Numbered from the stretch's first letter, positions 7,719-16,658 are shown. The stretch: 37,395 bases of DNA from a virus (IMGVR_UViG_3300034123_000008:1-37395), one strand, 5' to 3'. The notes: generated by a model not told the origin, from the letters alone. A program made the numbers and translations.

Positions 7719-7933
7719 TTGTTAACGTCTCCAAACCATTTCTTAAACCATACTTGTCTATCAGTTGCTAATTGTGCCCAATCAGTTGTAATATCAGGAT
7801 CAGGGTTTATTTGTGGAAACTCTGTTTTTGCGTCAACAATGCAAAGGAGAATGTCTTTTGCAAGTTGCAGATTACGGTTACTTCTCTTAACCATGAACCC
7901 AATAATTTTAGTGGATAATTCACCGTGTGTCAT
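7715..7933 (-). CDS. Hypothetical protein
   Basis: 72 aa, ATGA-coupled on both sides. Confidence 0.65.
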   Translation of the reverse strand: MTHGELSTKIIGFMVKRSNRNLQLAKDILLCIVDAKTEFPQINPDPDITTDWAQLATDRQVWFKKWFGDVNK

Positions 7934-8190
7934 GCCATCGCTTTTCCTTTGCTATTTACATTTTTAAATTCGAAGCCCATATTATTTGAGAAGCCTACAA
8001 AACTGCAGTTAGAACAGTTTACTTCTGTTTCAAATGCCTTCGTATTTTCTATGGCGCGAACTAGGTTAAGTGTGCGTTGTTGACACGCTGGACACGACGT
8101 TTGAGACACTAAGGCTTTCATGCTGTTAGTTAACATAATGGATTTAGTGAATGTTTGCTGTGGCTTTTGAGGATGCAAAAGATTTAACAT
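7930..8190 (-). CDS. Zn-ribbon protein
   Basis: CPAC...CSNC; abuts the TerL stop. Confidence 0.65.
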   Translation of the reverse strand: MLNLLHPQKPQQTFTKSIMLTNSMKALVSQTSCPACQQRTLNLVRAIENTKAFETEVNCSNCSFVGFSNNMGFEFKNVNSKGKAMA

Positions 8191-9495
8191 TTAACCGAAA
8201 CTCCAACCGTGAATATCATGCTTATGAACCTGACTAAACGCACCCGATAAAGCATCAACTTGATCATCATGCTCACCAATTGGGAAACCTTCTAATTCAT
8301 CTAGGAATGCATTGTTCCATGTGCCACGTACAAGTTTAATGTTTCCTGCTTCAGCCGCTGACGCAACTGGTGCGGCTCGTTCTGCTTTGGGACCAGTGGT
8401 TTTTAATCCATAGAAGGTTTTGCCTTTCAACACTTCTCGGTTATACCTATCAATTGTATCAACGCCTGATGAACCGGGTTCTTGCTCCATCACAGTTTTA
8501 GCGTCTTTATCAAGTTGTAAATCTGAGGTTTGTTTAATGAGTGCTTCTACTTCTGCTGGGTTGCCACGCATACGCCGAATATCTATGATGTAGTAGACGC
8601 CGTTAACTTCACCTAATAACAGGCCAACTGTATAGTCAGGATCTTTGTTTGTGCTCTTTGGTTTAGTTGCTGCTTTATCCCAGAACCTTATGAGTTTAAC
8701 GTCATGTGGGTAAGCATCTACTACTTGGAACCATTCACGTTGAAAGATTGAGCCACCATGTTTAGCAGTCCAATCGCCCTCAAGATATTGTCGACGTGTT
8801 ATAGGGTCAAGATTGTTGAGTGATTTAATGTAGCTTGTTTGATCGATGTATTCGTTGTCTGTTAGTTTAGCTGATATGAATATGCGGTTGTGTTCGTATC
8901 CTTCAACCATGAATCTTTGTTTAACCCAATCATGCCCAATGCCCCCAGGGTTAGATGCGCATCTCATTCGTAGGGGTACATGGCTGTTCTTAAGCCGCCG
9001 CAACCTCGAAAACAAATACCTGTACTTATCTTCTTCAAACTGTGTAACTTCATCAAATCCGATGCTTTGAAACTCTGCGGATTGGTAACGGTATTTGTCA
9101 ACGTCTGTGTCAAGGTATCCAAACGCAAGTTTAGCACCTGAGGGAAATTCCCAACAGTTTTCTTGTCCTTTCCACGTTGCATCCGTCGGCATCAACCACT
9201 GTTTAGACCTATCCATTAAAGCGCCGGGCAACGCTAAATCACGGAAGCTGCGTCTAAAGATTATTGCTGAGTAACCGGGTACATCGACATATTGCAATGC
9301 ACACATTAAGAGCCAATCTGATTTACCGCCGCCTGCTGCGCCGCCATATAAGACTTCTTCGTTATCTAGTAAAAGAGCCAGTGCTTGTTTAGGGGTTGGT
9401 TTGTGGGGTATGTACTGGTTGAGGAGTACAGTGTTCAAGAAGAGCTGCTTCTTCAAAGAGGCTTTCGTACTGTTTAAGCAAGTCGCTTGTAACAT
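8191..9495 (-). CDS. terL: Terminase large subunit
   Basis: YGGAAGGGKS Walker A, IGFDE Walker B, ASNPGG coupling motif, RFWDKA and HDDQVDA nuclease motifs. Confidence 0.97.
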   Translation of the reverse strand: MLQATCLNSTKASLKKQLFLNTVLLNQYIPHKPTPKQALALLLDNEEVLYGGAAGGGKSDWLLMCALQYVDVPGYSAIIFRRSFRDLALPGALMDRSKQWLMPTDATWKGQENCWEFPSGAKLAFGYLDTDVDKYRYQSAEFQSIGFDEVTQFEEDKYRYLFSRLRRLKNSHVPLRMRCASNPGGIGHDWVKQRFMVEGYEHNRIFISAKLTDNEYIDQTSYIKSLNNLDPITRRQYLEGDWTAKHGGSIFQREWFQVVDAYPHDVKLIRFWDKAATKPKSTNKDPDYTVGLLLGEVNGVYYIIDIRRMRGNPAEVEALIKQTSDLQLDKDAKTVMEQEPGSSGVDTIDRYNREVLKGKTFYGLKTTGPKAERAAPVASAAEAGNIKLVRGTWNNAFLDELEGFPIGEHDDQVDALSGAFSQVHKHDIHGWSFG

Positions 9496-9829
9496 TTACT
9501 TTAACTTCTGTTTCATTTTTACTTATTGACAAAGTTTCTGTCTTTAATGTTTCGCCTGCCAACACTATAGCTAATTGATCTTTATCTGATAGTTTATTGT
9601 TGGCTGCTTTACTGATTAAGTTTAATGTGCATAGGTTTCTTAAGACGTGTATTGTTTCGGGGTTTTGTTCTGCGTCTTCTTGCGCTATCTCATTTAGGTA
9701 GCGTCTTATTGATCTGTCTGAACCGCCGAATACTGTTCTTAAGTGGTCTCTGTCGAATGATCGTGTTCTTAATGATTCTCTGATTAACTGTTTTTTTGCC
9801 TGTTTGGTCAACTTGGACATTTGCGACAT
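9389..9829 (-). CDS. terS: Terminase small subunit (putative)
   Basis: 146 aa, N-terminal HTH (SDRSIRRYLNEI), overlaps the terL start. Confidence 0.7.
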   Translation of the reverse strand: MSQMSKLTKQAKKQLIRESLRTRSFDRDHLRTVFGGSDRSIRRYLNEIAQEDAEQNPETIHVLRNLCTLNLISKAANNKLSDKDQLAIVLAGETLKTETLSISKNETEVKVNVTSDLLKQYESLFEEAALLEHCTPQPVHTPQTNP

Positions 9830-9841
9830 ATTACATGTTTC

Positions 9842-10228
9842 CTATGATTCAGAATGTTTTAAGATTAATAAAAGACCTTCAGATGTTTTCTGCCATTTAC
9901 CTTCTATTGTATCATGAGTAGCGAAACCGAACTGTTGTAGATAAGCATAGGGGATTGATATTATTCTTGTACTATGATGATTCATAGAACAAAGTTTATG
10001 CCATTCTACCTGGTTGTTGGTGTGTGCCTTTAAAACAGATTCTGAAGATGTACGACGAGGTATTTGATTTTTCTCTAAAATTCTGCATGCGGTAGATGTA
10101 GCTATTCCGTATTTAGTTTTTAAGTTAGGTAACGATAAACCGTTTTTGTAGTCAATGATAATAGACTCATGATCATATTTTCTACGTTTTAAACCAGCTA
10201 TTTTTTGCTTAGTTACTTGTTGTGTCAT
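9842..10228 (-). CDS. DNA-binding protein, HTH plus AbrB-like C-terminal domain
   Basis: GLSLPNLKTKYGIATSTACRIL...IPRR; RIISIPYAYLQQFGF. Confidence 0.65.
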   Translation of the reverse strand: MTQQVTKQKIAGLKRRKYDHESIIIDYKNGLSLPNLKTKYGIATSTACRILEKNQIPRRTSSESVLKAHTNNQVEWHKLCSMNHHSTRIISIPYAYLQQFGFATHDTIEGKWQKTSEGLLLILKHSES

Positions 10229-10230
10229 GT

Positions 10231-10281
10231 GTTGTACAACTTACCGTAATATTTTTGTACTTCAATGTACATTATTGTACA
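10231..10281. promoter_or_regulatory. TGTAC operator-like repeats upstream of the HTH gene
   Basis: Perfect palindromes GTTGTACAAC (10231) and AATGTACATT (10264); TGTAC at 10256, 10266, 10276. Confidence 0.5.
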
Positions 10282-10470
10282 TGTCTATAGACCACGTGAT
10301 GAAAGCACCTTTGCACCCACCCGCATAGACCCTCTCTAAAGGCGAGCGGTTTATGGGTGCTTGCTTTCCATTAATGATCCTGTTTCAAATGCTTCTCATA
10401 CTGAGTTATTATGAATTTGGTTGGTCCTTCCCACCAACATGTACAGAACTCACAAACTTTAATTTGATGT

Positions 10471-10614
10471 TCAGCCTTCACAATTCATATCCTCATGTAC
10501 TGTAGAGGGGTGTGTTCGTTCTTCATGTATTCCACGTAACCAACCGATTGCATACGGAACACAATATATGCTTATCACAACCACTGCTAAGATTGATAGT
10601 TGTGTTAAATCCAT
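10471..10614 (-). CDS. Small single-pass membrane protein (47 aa)
   Basis: AAGGAG RBS before MDLTQLSILAVVVISIYCVPYAIGW; the longer ORF call is probably over-extended. Confidence 0.6.
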   Translation of the reverse strand: MDLTQLSILAVVVISIYCVPYAIGWLRGIHEERTHPSTVHEDMNCEG

Positions 10615-10640
10615 TTGGGTTTTCTCCTTTGGGTTTACAG

Positions 10641-11107
10641 TGCCTTCGTATGTGAGCTTGCTGATAGAATATGAGGGGAAGTAAACGAAAAGTTGGCTAT
10701 CGAGCGCACTACGTGAAGGCATATCTGCCCCAATTGAGACAAATTAATGTTGCGCAGGTTAAGTCCGCGGCTTAGATGTTAGTATCCCATTTGCCTGCGC
10801 TCATAGGGCTTAATGCCATCATATCGCCGTAAGTTTTCCAACCGATACAACCCACGATGGAATAATGATAAGATACACGCCGTCACCAGCGTACGTTTTC
10901 ACGTCTGTACTGCAGGGTTCCTTGTCACGGTTACTATGTTCGGTTGTTACTTTATTTGGGAACTACAGACTTCGGATTCACCATGGATACTTGCTAAAGG
11001 CATCCTGGTTACCGTTGCGCACCCTTTTAGCAGAGCGGTAGTTCCCAGCAACTTTGACAGGGGTGATGCTTCCTTACTTTTCCCATCCCACTATTATGCA
11101 GGCATCA
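10641..11107. ncRNA. Candidate large structured non-coding RNA
   Basis: Consecutive and nested helices: 10641-47/10715-21, 10752-58/10794-800, 10920-27/11055-62, 10957-66/11038-47, 10991-11000/11024-33, 11064-69/11102-07. Confidence 0.5.
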
Positions 11108-11140
11108 TCATTTCAGGAAGACTCTTAGTCACTAAAAAAA

Positions 11141-11557
11141 CTATGGATGTAAAGTATTCGCGTGATATATCCAGTTGCCTACAGGTGGAACAAAACTAAT
11201 AGATGCTGTGCCTGAGGCGTCTGTTGGTGCTGATCCCATTAAGTTGCCGTTTTGATCATAAAAATCCACGTTGACTCCTGCTAATGCATCGCTAAGTGTT
11301 GTCGTTAAAGTCCATGTTGCTCCCCATGTTACTGTTGAAGGCGAAATAGTTACTTGTGAAAGAGTAGCTTGTGGTACAGGTGTAGGTGTTGGAGTGGCTG
11401 GTGGAGGTGTAGGATTTACGGTTCCAGCTGTGCTATCAGGGCTTCTTATGCCATAAACTGCAACAGCGTAACCAATCAAAGAAAAAGCAGCGATAGCTAC
11501 GCATACTGCGATTAAAGCGTATTTTTGGGTTGAAGATAATTTACTTAAGACATTCAT
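11141..11557 (-). CDS. Membrane-anchored Ig-like domain protein
   Basis: GAGGTGA RBS at 11566-72; N-terminal TM, PT linker, Big-like domain (GVNVDFYD, TDASGTAS). Confidence 0.75.
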   Translation of the reverse strand: MNVLSKLSSTQKYALIAVCVAIAAFSLIGYAVAVYGIRSPDSTAGTVNPTPPPATPTPTPVPQATLSQVTISPSTVTWGATWTLTTTLSDALAGVNVDFYDQNGNLMGSAPTDASGTASISFVPPVGNWIYHANTLHP

Positions 11558-11573
11558 ATTGTTTTTCACCTCT

Positions 11574-12155
11574 CTAAACAACTACTTTCTTTTCTATTGT
11601 AATTATTTGTTTTAATCCATCTGAGCTGGTGAATACTTTGTTTGATGGAATAACCCCGGATATTTGTGATTCAATAGTTTGTGATTGTTTAAACAACTCG
11701 GTTTTTTGTTGTTCAACAGTTTGCTGCATTGACGCATATTTATTTTGTATCTCAGAATACTGTGTGGATAACTGTTCTTTTTCTTTGCTTACTGTGGTGA
11801 ATGCTTCATCTTTCAATTTTGTTGCTGAAGTTAATTCTTCTGTTTGCCCGGTTAATGTTCCTATGGTTTCATCTTTGCCTTTAATCTCTTTTGTTGCCCA
11901 ACTTGATAATGCAGCTTTCTGCTTCTTAATTTGATTATAAGCATAACCAAACGCTGCAGTGCCTGCTAACCCTACACCTGTGGTTCCTACAAGGCCATAA
12001 ACTGTAGAAAACGTAGTTGTGATTTGCGTATGTAAATACGCGTATGCCATGTTGCCATAATACGCGAAGGGATCAATATTTAGATACCAAAGTATAGGAA
12101 ATGCAATCAAAGCTACAACAACAACTACAATTATGAGTTTAATTGCACCATTCAT
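11574..12155 (-). CDS. Membrane protein with C-terminal coiled coil
   Basis: 193 aa, two hydrophobic segments followed by a long heptad region. Confidence 0.75.
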   Translation of the reverse strand: MNGAIKLIIVVVVVALIAFPILWYLNIDPFAYYGNMAYAYLHTQITTTFSTVYGLVGTTGVGLAGTAAFGYAYNQIKKQKAALSSWATKEIKGKDETIGTLTGQTEELTSATKLKDEAFTTVSKEKEQLSTQYSEIQNKYASMQQTVEQQKTELFKQSQTIESQISGVIPSNKVFTSSDGLKQIITIEKKVVV

Positions 12156-12156
12156 T

Positions 12157-12600
12157 TTATCCTGTCCCTTCTAAATTCATGAGGAAACGAGCTTCAATTG
12201 TAAATGCAGAAGCTGCTTTAATTGTATAAGGATTATGGCTGTCAAATTGTGAATCGCCAAACATCCAAGCGTTAAATCTGTATCCAACTGCAGGTATTAC
12301 TTTAAAGGTTAAGGTGTCGCCGTTGGGGCAATTTAATGATTTAGGCAAGTCTGCAGCAGTTAATGTTAATGTTGAGCCTCGGTTCTGGTTGGTTACGGTT
12401 ATTGATTGAACTCCTATCGCTGAATTTACGGTGTAAGTTATTATTGGGGGTGGACCTGGCGTTTCTGCAACGGTTGGTGCAGGTGTTGGAGTGGCATTCA
12501 ATTTTTTAGCAGCATTAGATGCATTACTTGCTGCGGCAGCTATACCGCCGACTAACAATACACCAACGATTATAAGTATAAAATAGAAACGGGGTTTCAT
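12157..12600 (-). CDS. Membrane-anchored InlB B-repeat-like protein
   Basis: MKPRFYFILIIVGV signal/TM, PT linker, PAVGYRFNAW...NPYTI...IEARF; ATGA-coupled. Confidence 0.75.
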   Translation of the reverse strand: MKPRFYFILIIVGVLLVGGIAAAASNASNAAKKLNATPTPAPTVAETPGPPPIITYTVNSAIGVQSITVTNQNRGSTLTLTAADLPKSLNCPNGDTLTFKVIPAVGYRFNAWMFGDSQFDSHNPYTIKAASAFTIEARFLMNLEGTG

Positions 12601-13001
12601 TGCTGTAGCTCCCATTCAGGTGATGGAGGAGAATCAAGCGGTTTCTTAAGTTCAGGCATAGGCGGCATCTTAAAATCATATTTGCCTTCACGTGCATTCT
12701 GCCTAAACGCTTCAAGATCCAATACGTACCGAGCGCGATCTGCTTCCTTTGACAAGTCAAATTGATGTATTACTGTGTGGTTGACTATTCCGACGCGGCC
12801 GTATTCGTCGGGTTCAGATTTTGTTATAACTGTTTTAGCTGTGTAGCAGTTTGCTGCGCCTACACGTTTGAAGGTGCCTATTTGCTGTGCATCCCACATT
12901 GGCGCAAGTTTTTCAGGGCTTAAGATTTCAAGCAGTAGAGGCGATTCATAGGTGACTTCGACGCCGCCTATCATGCCTTTAACAAATTGAGCTGAACGCA
13001 T
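12597..13001 (-). CDS. GAP1-N2-like GTPase-associated protein
   Basis: DEYGRVGIVNHTVI resembles the D-x-x-GR-x-G-x(3)-H signature; adjacent to the GTPase. Confidence 0.55.
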   Translation of the reverse strand: MRSAQFVKGMIGGVEVTYESPLLLEILSPEKLAPMWDAQQIGTFKRVGAANCYTAKTVITKSEPDEYGRVGIVNHTVIHQFDLSKEADRARYVLDLEAFRQNAREGKYDFKMPPMPELKKPLDSPPSPEWELQQ

Positions 13002-13007
13002 ATTGCA

Positions 13008-14099
13008 TCAACTCGCTAAAGCCTGCAGCCAATCTAATACTTTGAAGCTCCAATATTCACTATAATGGATTGCGTTTACGTTGTCTTGCCAATTAGCTGT
13101 ACGATCAAAGATGTCGCGGCGTTTAATTTTAAAGTCGTTTGGATTAGCGGGGTCCCAACATTGGGGTTTACCGTTGACTTTTTCTATTTCAATGAAACTG
13201 GGGAAATATGAGATGTTGTTTAAGCCTAAGCTTGTGATTGCTGCGTATGTGGATGGGTAGAAGGCTTCCATAAACTTCTCCATTGATGCAACACTTATCT
13301 TTGTATCGAGAGGGTTGAATGGTTCACCTGTAATTCTTTGTATTTGTTCAGCTACCGGGGCTAATCCATCCCAAGCAGTCACCACGACGCCCACATGATT
13401 TAAGGGTGGAAAACTGCTATTTTGCCGTTTAAACTTGCAGATGCCTTGAACCATACGTTTAAGGTTAGCGTCACTATAGATGCTCATGCCTGATACATCA
13501 GTGGGTTCTTTCTCTAATTCTATTTCTAAACCTTGTGCTCTAGTTGCTTTAATGATTAATAATATGGCGTTTGATCTGCATACCATTGTGATGGCGCGAT
13601 CCGCTGGAATACGTGCTGCATCTTCTAAGGTGCGTGCTTGATTAACTTTCTCTATCAAGTTAATGAGGTCTTCGCCTGCAAGATCCGCCATGACAGAGTG
13701 AACAGTTTTTTTACTTAAACAGAAGCATTTGCCGCCGGGTAAATATTTAACGTGTGCATATTGAAAAGTGGCGCATGGTTCAACACTGCTTATTCCAAGT
13801 TTACCGGTTTTAGGTGGGAAATGGCCTGCTCGCATAGCTGACTTACTGTTTTCGATGTCTCCTGTGCCTTCATCAATGTTATATGTGAAAGGGTATTCTG
13901 TGCCTCGTGATTTGGTTACTTTACGGTCTGCCGCGATAAGTGTTGCTGCAAGAAAAGCTGATTTGCCGCTACCTTTGGTGCCTATCATTGTTACGCCGCA
14001 TTCAGCCATGCCCGCATCCATTATTTGGCCAACGTTTTGGTTTCTTTGGTTGTTGCTTTCATAGCCAATTAGGTCTTTAGCTGTATCCCAAAAGGGCAT
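13008..14099 (-). CDS. TRAFAC-class GTPase (DO-GTPase2-like)
   Basis: G1 GTKGSGKS, G2 FPPKT, G3 DLAGE, G4 variant TAWD. Confidence 0.85.
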   Translation of the reverse strand: MPFWDTAKDLIGYESNNQRNQNVGQIMDAGMAECGVTMIGTKGSGKSAFLAATLIAADRKVTKSRGTEYPFTYNIDEGTGDIENSKSAMRAGHFPPKTGKLGISSVEPCATFQYAHVKYLPGGKCFCLSKKTVHSVMADLAGEDLINLIEKVNQARTLEDAARIPADRAITMVCRSNAILLIIKATRAQGLEIELEKEPTDVSGMSIYSDANLKRMVQGICKFKRQNSSFPPLNHVGVVVTAWDGLAPVAEQIQRITGEPFNPLDTKISVASMEKFMEAFYPSTYAAITSLGLNNISYFPSFIEIEKVNGKPQCWDPANPNDFKIKRRDIFDRTANWQDNVNAIHYSEYWSFKVLDWLQALAS

Positions 14100-14434
14100 T
14101 AGGTAACCACCGTTTGATCAGCTGATCCGGTTTGGCTTAAGGTTTGTCCTTGTGGCATATAGGTGTTTTGTTGTGTGTTTACTTTGGTTCCTGTGATATA
14201 GGTTTTTATTACCCAGAAGATAAGCACGCCAAGACCTATGTATCCTAATGCTTGCAAGACGCCGATGATGGGTTCTACCGCGCCAAACATTGTGTAGCCA
14301 ACGAAGGCAGCGCCTATGAAGGATAAGTCAATGACTCCGAGAACATGCAGTACAGGTAACGCAATGAGTAAGCCGATTAGCAGAAAGATTATGAGCCAAC
14401 CAGATTTTGATAGTCGACTTTTAAAAGTAGGCAT
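14099..14434 (-). CDS. Multi-pass membrane protein
   Basis: 111 aa, about 3 TM segments, GAGGTGA RBS at 14445-51, stop/start overlap with the GTPase. Confidence 0.8.
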   Translation of the reverse strand: MPTFKSRLSKSGWLIIFLLIGLLIALPVLHVLGVIDLSFIGAAFVGYTMFGAVEPIIGVLQALGYIGLGVLIFWVIKTYITGTKVNTQQNTYMPQGQTLSQTGSADQTVVT

Positions 14435-14734
14435 AGTTTTTAATTCACCTCGGAGGCTTTGGTTTTATGTTGCTTCTGTTTTTTACCTAATTTAGAGTTG
14501 CTTTTACGCGCCTCAAAAAATAGCGCCTCATGGTGACTAAAATCTATGCTGTCCATCACTTTTTACCTTCTGTTACTTGGATCTTTTCTTTGACCAACAA
14601 TCAAAACAGAACTCTTTTGTGCCTTCTCTTCCCACAGAGTTCACCCATTCAAGATATGCAATTATCGATAAGGGGTTATCGTCAAGTATGAGTAAATCCT
14701 GGGTATGCATACATTTATACTGAGTCAGTTTTCA

Positions 14735-14839
14735 TCACTTGGATATGGGGCATTCATGTTTTTCTTCTGCCTTATACGTTACGTCGCAATCTGGGCAGTA
14801 CCTATGTGAAAGAGTAAAACAACTAACACATGACGACAT
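14735..14839 (-). CDS. Cys-rich micro-protein (34 aa)
   Basis: MSSCVSC...YCPDC...HEC. Confidence 0.45.
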   Translation of the reverse strand: MSSCVSCFTLSHRYCPDCDVTYKAEEKHECPISK

Positions 14840-14848
14840 TTGAAAAAC

Positions 14849-15121
14849 CTACTTTAAACCAAATTCAAAAACCCATGAATCAGGAAGCACTAACCCGTCA
14901 GGATAATTAACGGGGTCAATAGAAGCAATATGTTTTAAATCTAACACTTTCTCTGTTAATGGGTAATCTTCTGTTTGCTGCGCGATTTTACTGTAAGTTT
15001 TAAGGAAGTCTATTGTGGCTTGATTTTTTTCTTCAAGAACTTGTTTGCGTTCATATTCAACTTTACGCATTAAGTCTCTTATTTTTCTTGATTTAGCTTT
15101 ACCCATCTTTATCGCTTCCAC
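14849..15121 (-). CDS. Hypothetical protein
   Basis: 90 aa ORF; probable start at MGKAKSRK. Confidence 0.6.
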   Translation of the reverse strand: MEAIKMGKAKSRKIRDLMRKVEYERKQVLEEKNQATIDFLKTYSKIAQQTEDYPLTEKVLDLKHIASIDPVNYPDGLVLPDSWVFEFGLK

Positions 15122-15346
15122 AAGTTAATTTGATGCTTCTAGACAGTTGGCTAAATATTTTTTGATGCCCTTGTCTAAAAGTCTTCTCCGCGTGAGCAGA
15201 GGTTGAATCTCTTGTGATTGCTGTTACACAGTCACATTATAAGATAATTAATATTTAGTTAGCATATCCCTTTTTAAGCATTGTGTTTATAAAACACTAT
15301 GATATGTTGAATTATTAAAAAAACAGCCTAAATGTAGTTTATGACG

Positions 15347-15577
15347 TTATTTTTTAGTGGGTTCAAATTGTTTCTTGAAGCCACATTTAGGACAAACTGC
15401 TTTTCCTTCTTGCATATTTTCCCACTCTAAGAAAGATAGAGACTTCTTTTCAGCTTTATGGCATTCAGGGCAACAATACTCTTTTATGATGTTGCCAAAT
15501 AATTCTTTGTAACCGTATTCATCTGAATCATTAAAGTTCTTGTCAGGCATTTTGATGAACATTATTGTTTCTTTCAT
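15347..15577 (-). CDS. Zn-ribbon protein
   Basis: CPEC...CPKCG; AGGAG RBS. Confidence 0.7.
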   Translation of the reverse strand: MKETIMFIKMPDKNFNDSDEYGYKELFGNIIKEYCCPECHKAEKKSLSFLEWENMQEGKAVCPKCGFKKQFEPTKK

Positions 15578-15592
15578 TTTTTACTCTCCTAA

Positions 15593-16120
15593 CTATGTTC
15601 TTTTAATTCGAGGTCTGCCAGGTATCGGTACAAGGCGACCATTGTTCTTTAATTTTGATAATTTTGTTACTTGTTGACCAAAAAAGGTTAATGTTTCTTT
15701 ACTCCATTGACGCGGTTCTGTTTTCTTCATTTCTATGAAATAGTCAACGGTTTCTTTGATTATCAATAACTGAGCTGTTTTAATGTGTGAATAGGGCAAA
15801 ATGTCAGCCACTACCCGAGATATATCAGTAAAATTATCGATCCTTAATTCACTTGTATGTGACCAATGCTGTTTTCTGCAAGGTGAATCATTATTGCGGG
15901 TATGGATGTTTCCAGCATTTAATGTTTGATGTAAATAATTGATAATTTCTAAATCAGTGTTGGTAACTATCAAATTTACGGTTGTATAATGAGGGTAAAC
16001 TATGTATCCTTTCTTTTTGGTTAGTTCTGTTCTTGCATGCCAACCTAAGTAAACACATCCTTCTCCATCAAAGAACCCTGCAATATACGCTTTTGTTATT
16101 TCATCCATCTTATTCACCAT
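15593..16120 (-). CDS. LAGLIDADG homing endonuclease family protein
   Basis: AYIAGFFDGEG, NTDLEII, ILPYSHIK motifs. Confidence 0.9.
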   Translation of the reverse strand: MVNKMDEITKAYIAGFFDGEGCVYLGWHARTELTKKKGYIVYPHYTTVNLIVTNTDLEIINYLHQTLNAGNIHTRNNDSPCRKQHWSHTSELRIDNFTDISRVVADILPYSHIKTAQLLIIKETVDYFIEMKKTEPRQWSKETLTFFGQQVTKLSKLKNNGRLVPIPGRPRIKRT

Positions 16121-16241
16121 TATGATTATGACGGCATCTTTTTATTTCGATTAAATTGTTTGATGAATTGCTTGTCAGAAATAATGACGATTATTTCATC
16201 AACATTCTTTTTGAAATCTGCTAAGATTCTTTCTGTGTCTG

Positions 16242-16433
16242 TCATGGTTTACTTTTCACCAAGTCGGCGTTAATAATTTGTGGTTGTTTGTATCTTGGTT
16301 GATAGATAATTTCAGGGTTTGTTCGTGTGCAAATCTTTAGTGATTCATTGCCGTCTATTTCTGTTCCTTGATAGAAGTCAATAACCCAAAAACCTTCTGA
16401 CTCCCAAATATGGATTTTCTTTATGTTTATCAT
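16242..16433 (-). CDS. Hypothetical protein
   Basis: 63 aa within the minus-strand operon. Confidence 0.55.
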   Translation of the reverse strand: MINIKKIHIWESEGFWVIDFYQGTEIDGNESLKICTRTNPEIIYQPRYKQPQIINADLVKSKP

Positions 16434-16472
16434 AGTTTATTTTTTCACACTCCCTTAAGAAAGATTAGGACG

Positions 16473-16658
16473 TTATTTGTGGGTACCTAACCTTTCAGCT
16501 TTCAATAAGCATTTAACGGTGCCTCGCTGTTTACACGCTTGCAAATTACATTCAGAAGGTTTCCCGTAAATGAAGCCTTGACGCCGACTACAATCAACCA
16601 ACGTAACTTTAGCTTGTTGTTGTGTAGCTGGACAAAAAAGATTATCTTGAAGTATCAC
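16473..16658 (-). CDS. Cys-rich hypothetical protein
   Basis: 61 aa, five Cys, GTGA-coupled. Confidence 0.55.
   Translation of the reverse strand: MILQDNLFCPATQQQAKVTLVDCSRRQGFIYGKPSECNLQACKQRGTVKCLLKAERLGTHK

Noticed and set aside
7715-7760. WFKKWFG (7715 gene) and WFKKQFG (33911 gene) shared C-termini
   Set aside because: Too short to support a functional claim; may be a common small-protein ending.
9389-9495. 107-bp terS/terL overlap as a programmed frameshift
   Set aside because: terL has its own ATG, such overlaps are common, and no convincing slippery site was seen.
10615-10722. N-terminal extension of ORF 10471..10722
   Set aside because: A clear AAGGAG RBS supports the ATG at 10614, and the extension lies in a hairpin.
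10813-11199. 128-aa plus-strand ORF over the structured region
   Set aside because: No RBS or recognisable motif, and it overlaps a convergent gene. Base-pairing explains the region better, though coding is not fully excluded.
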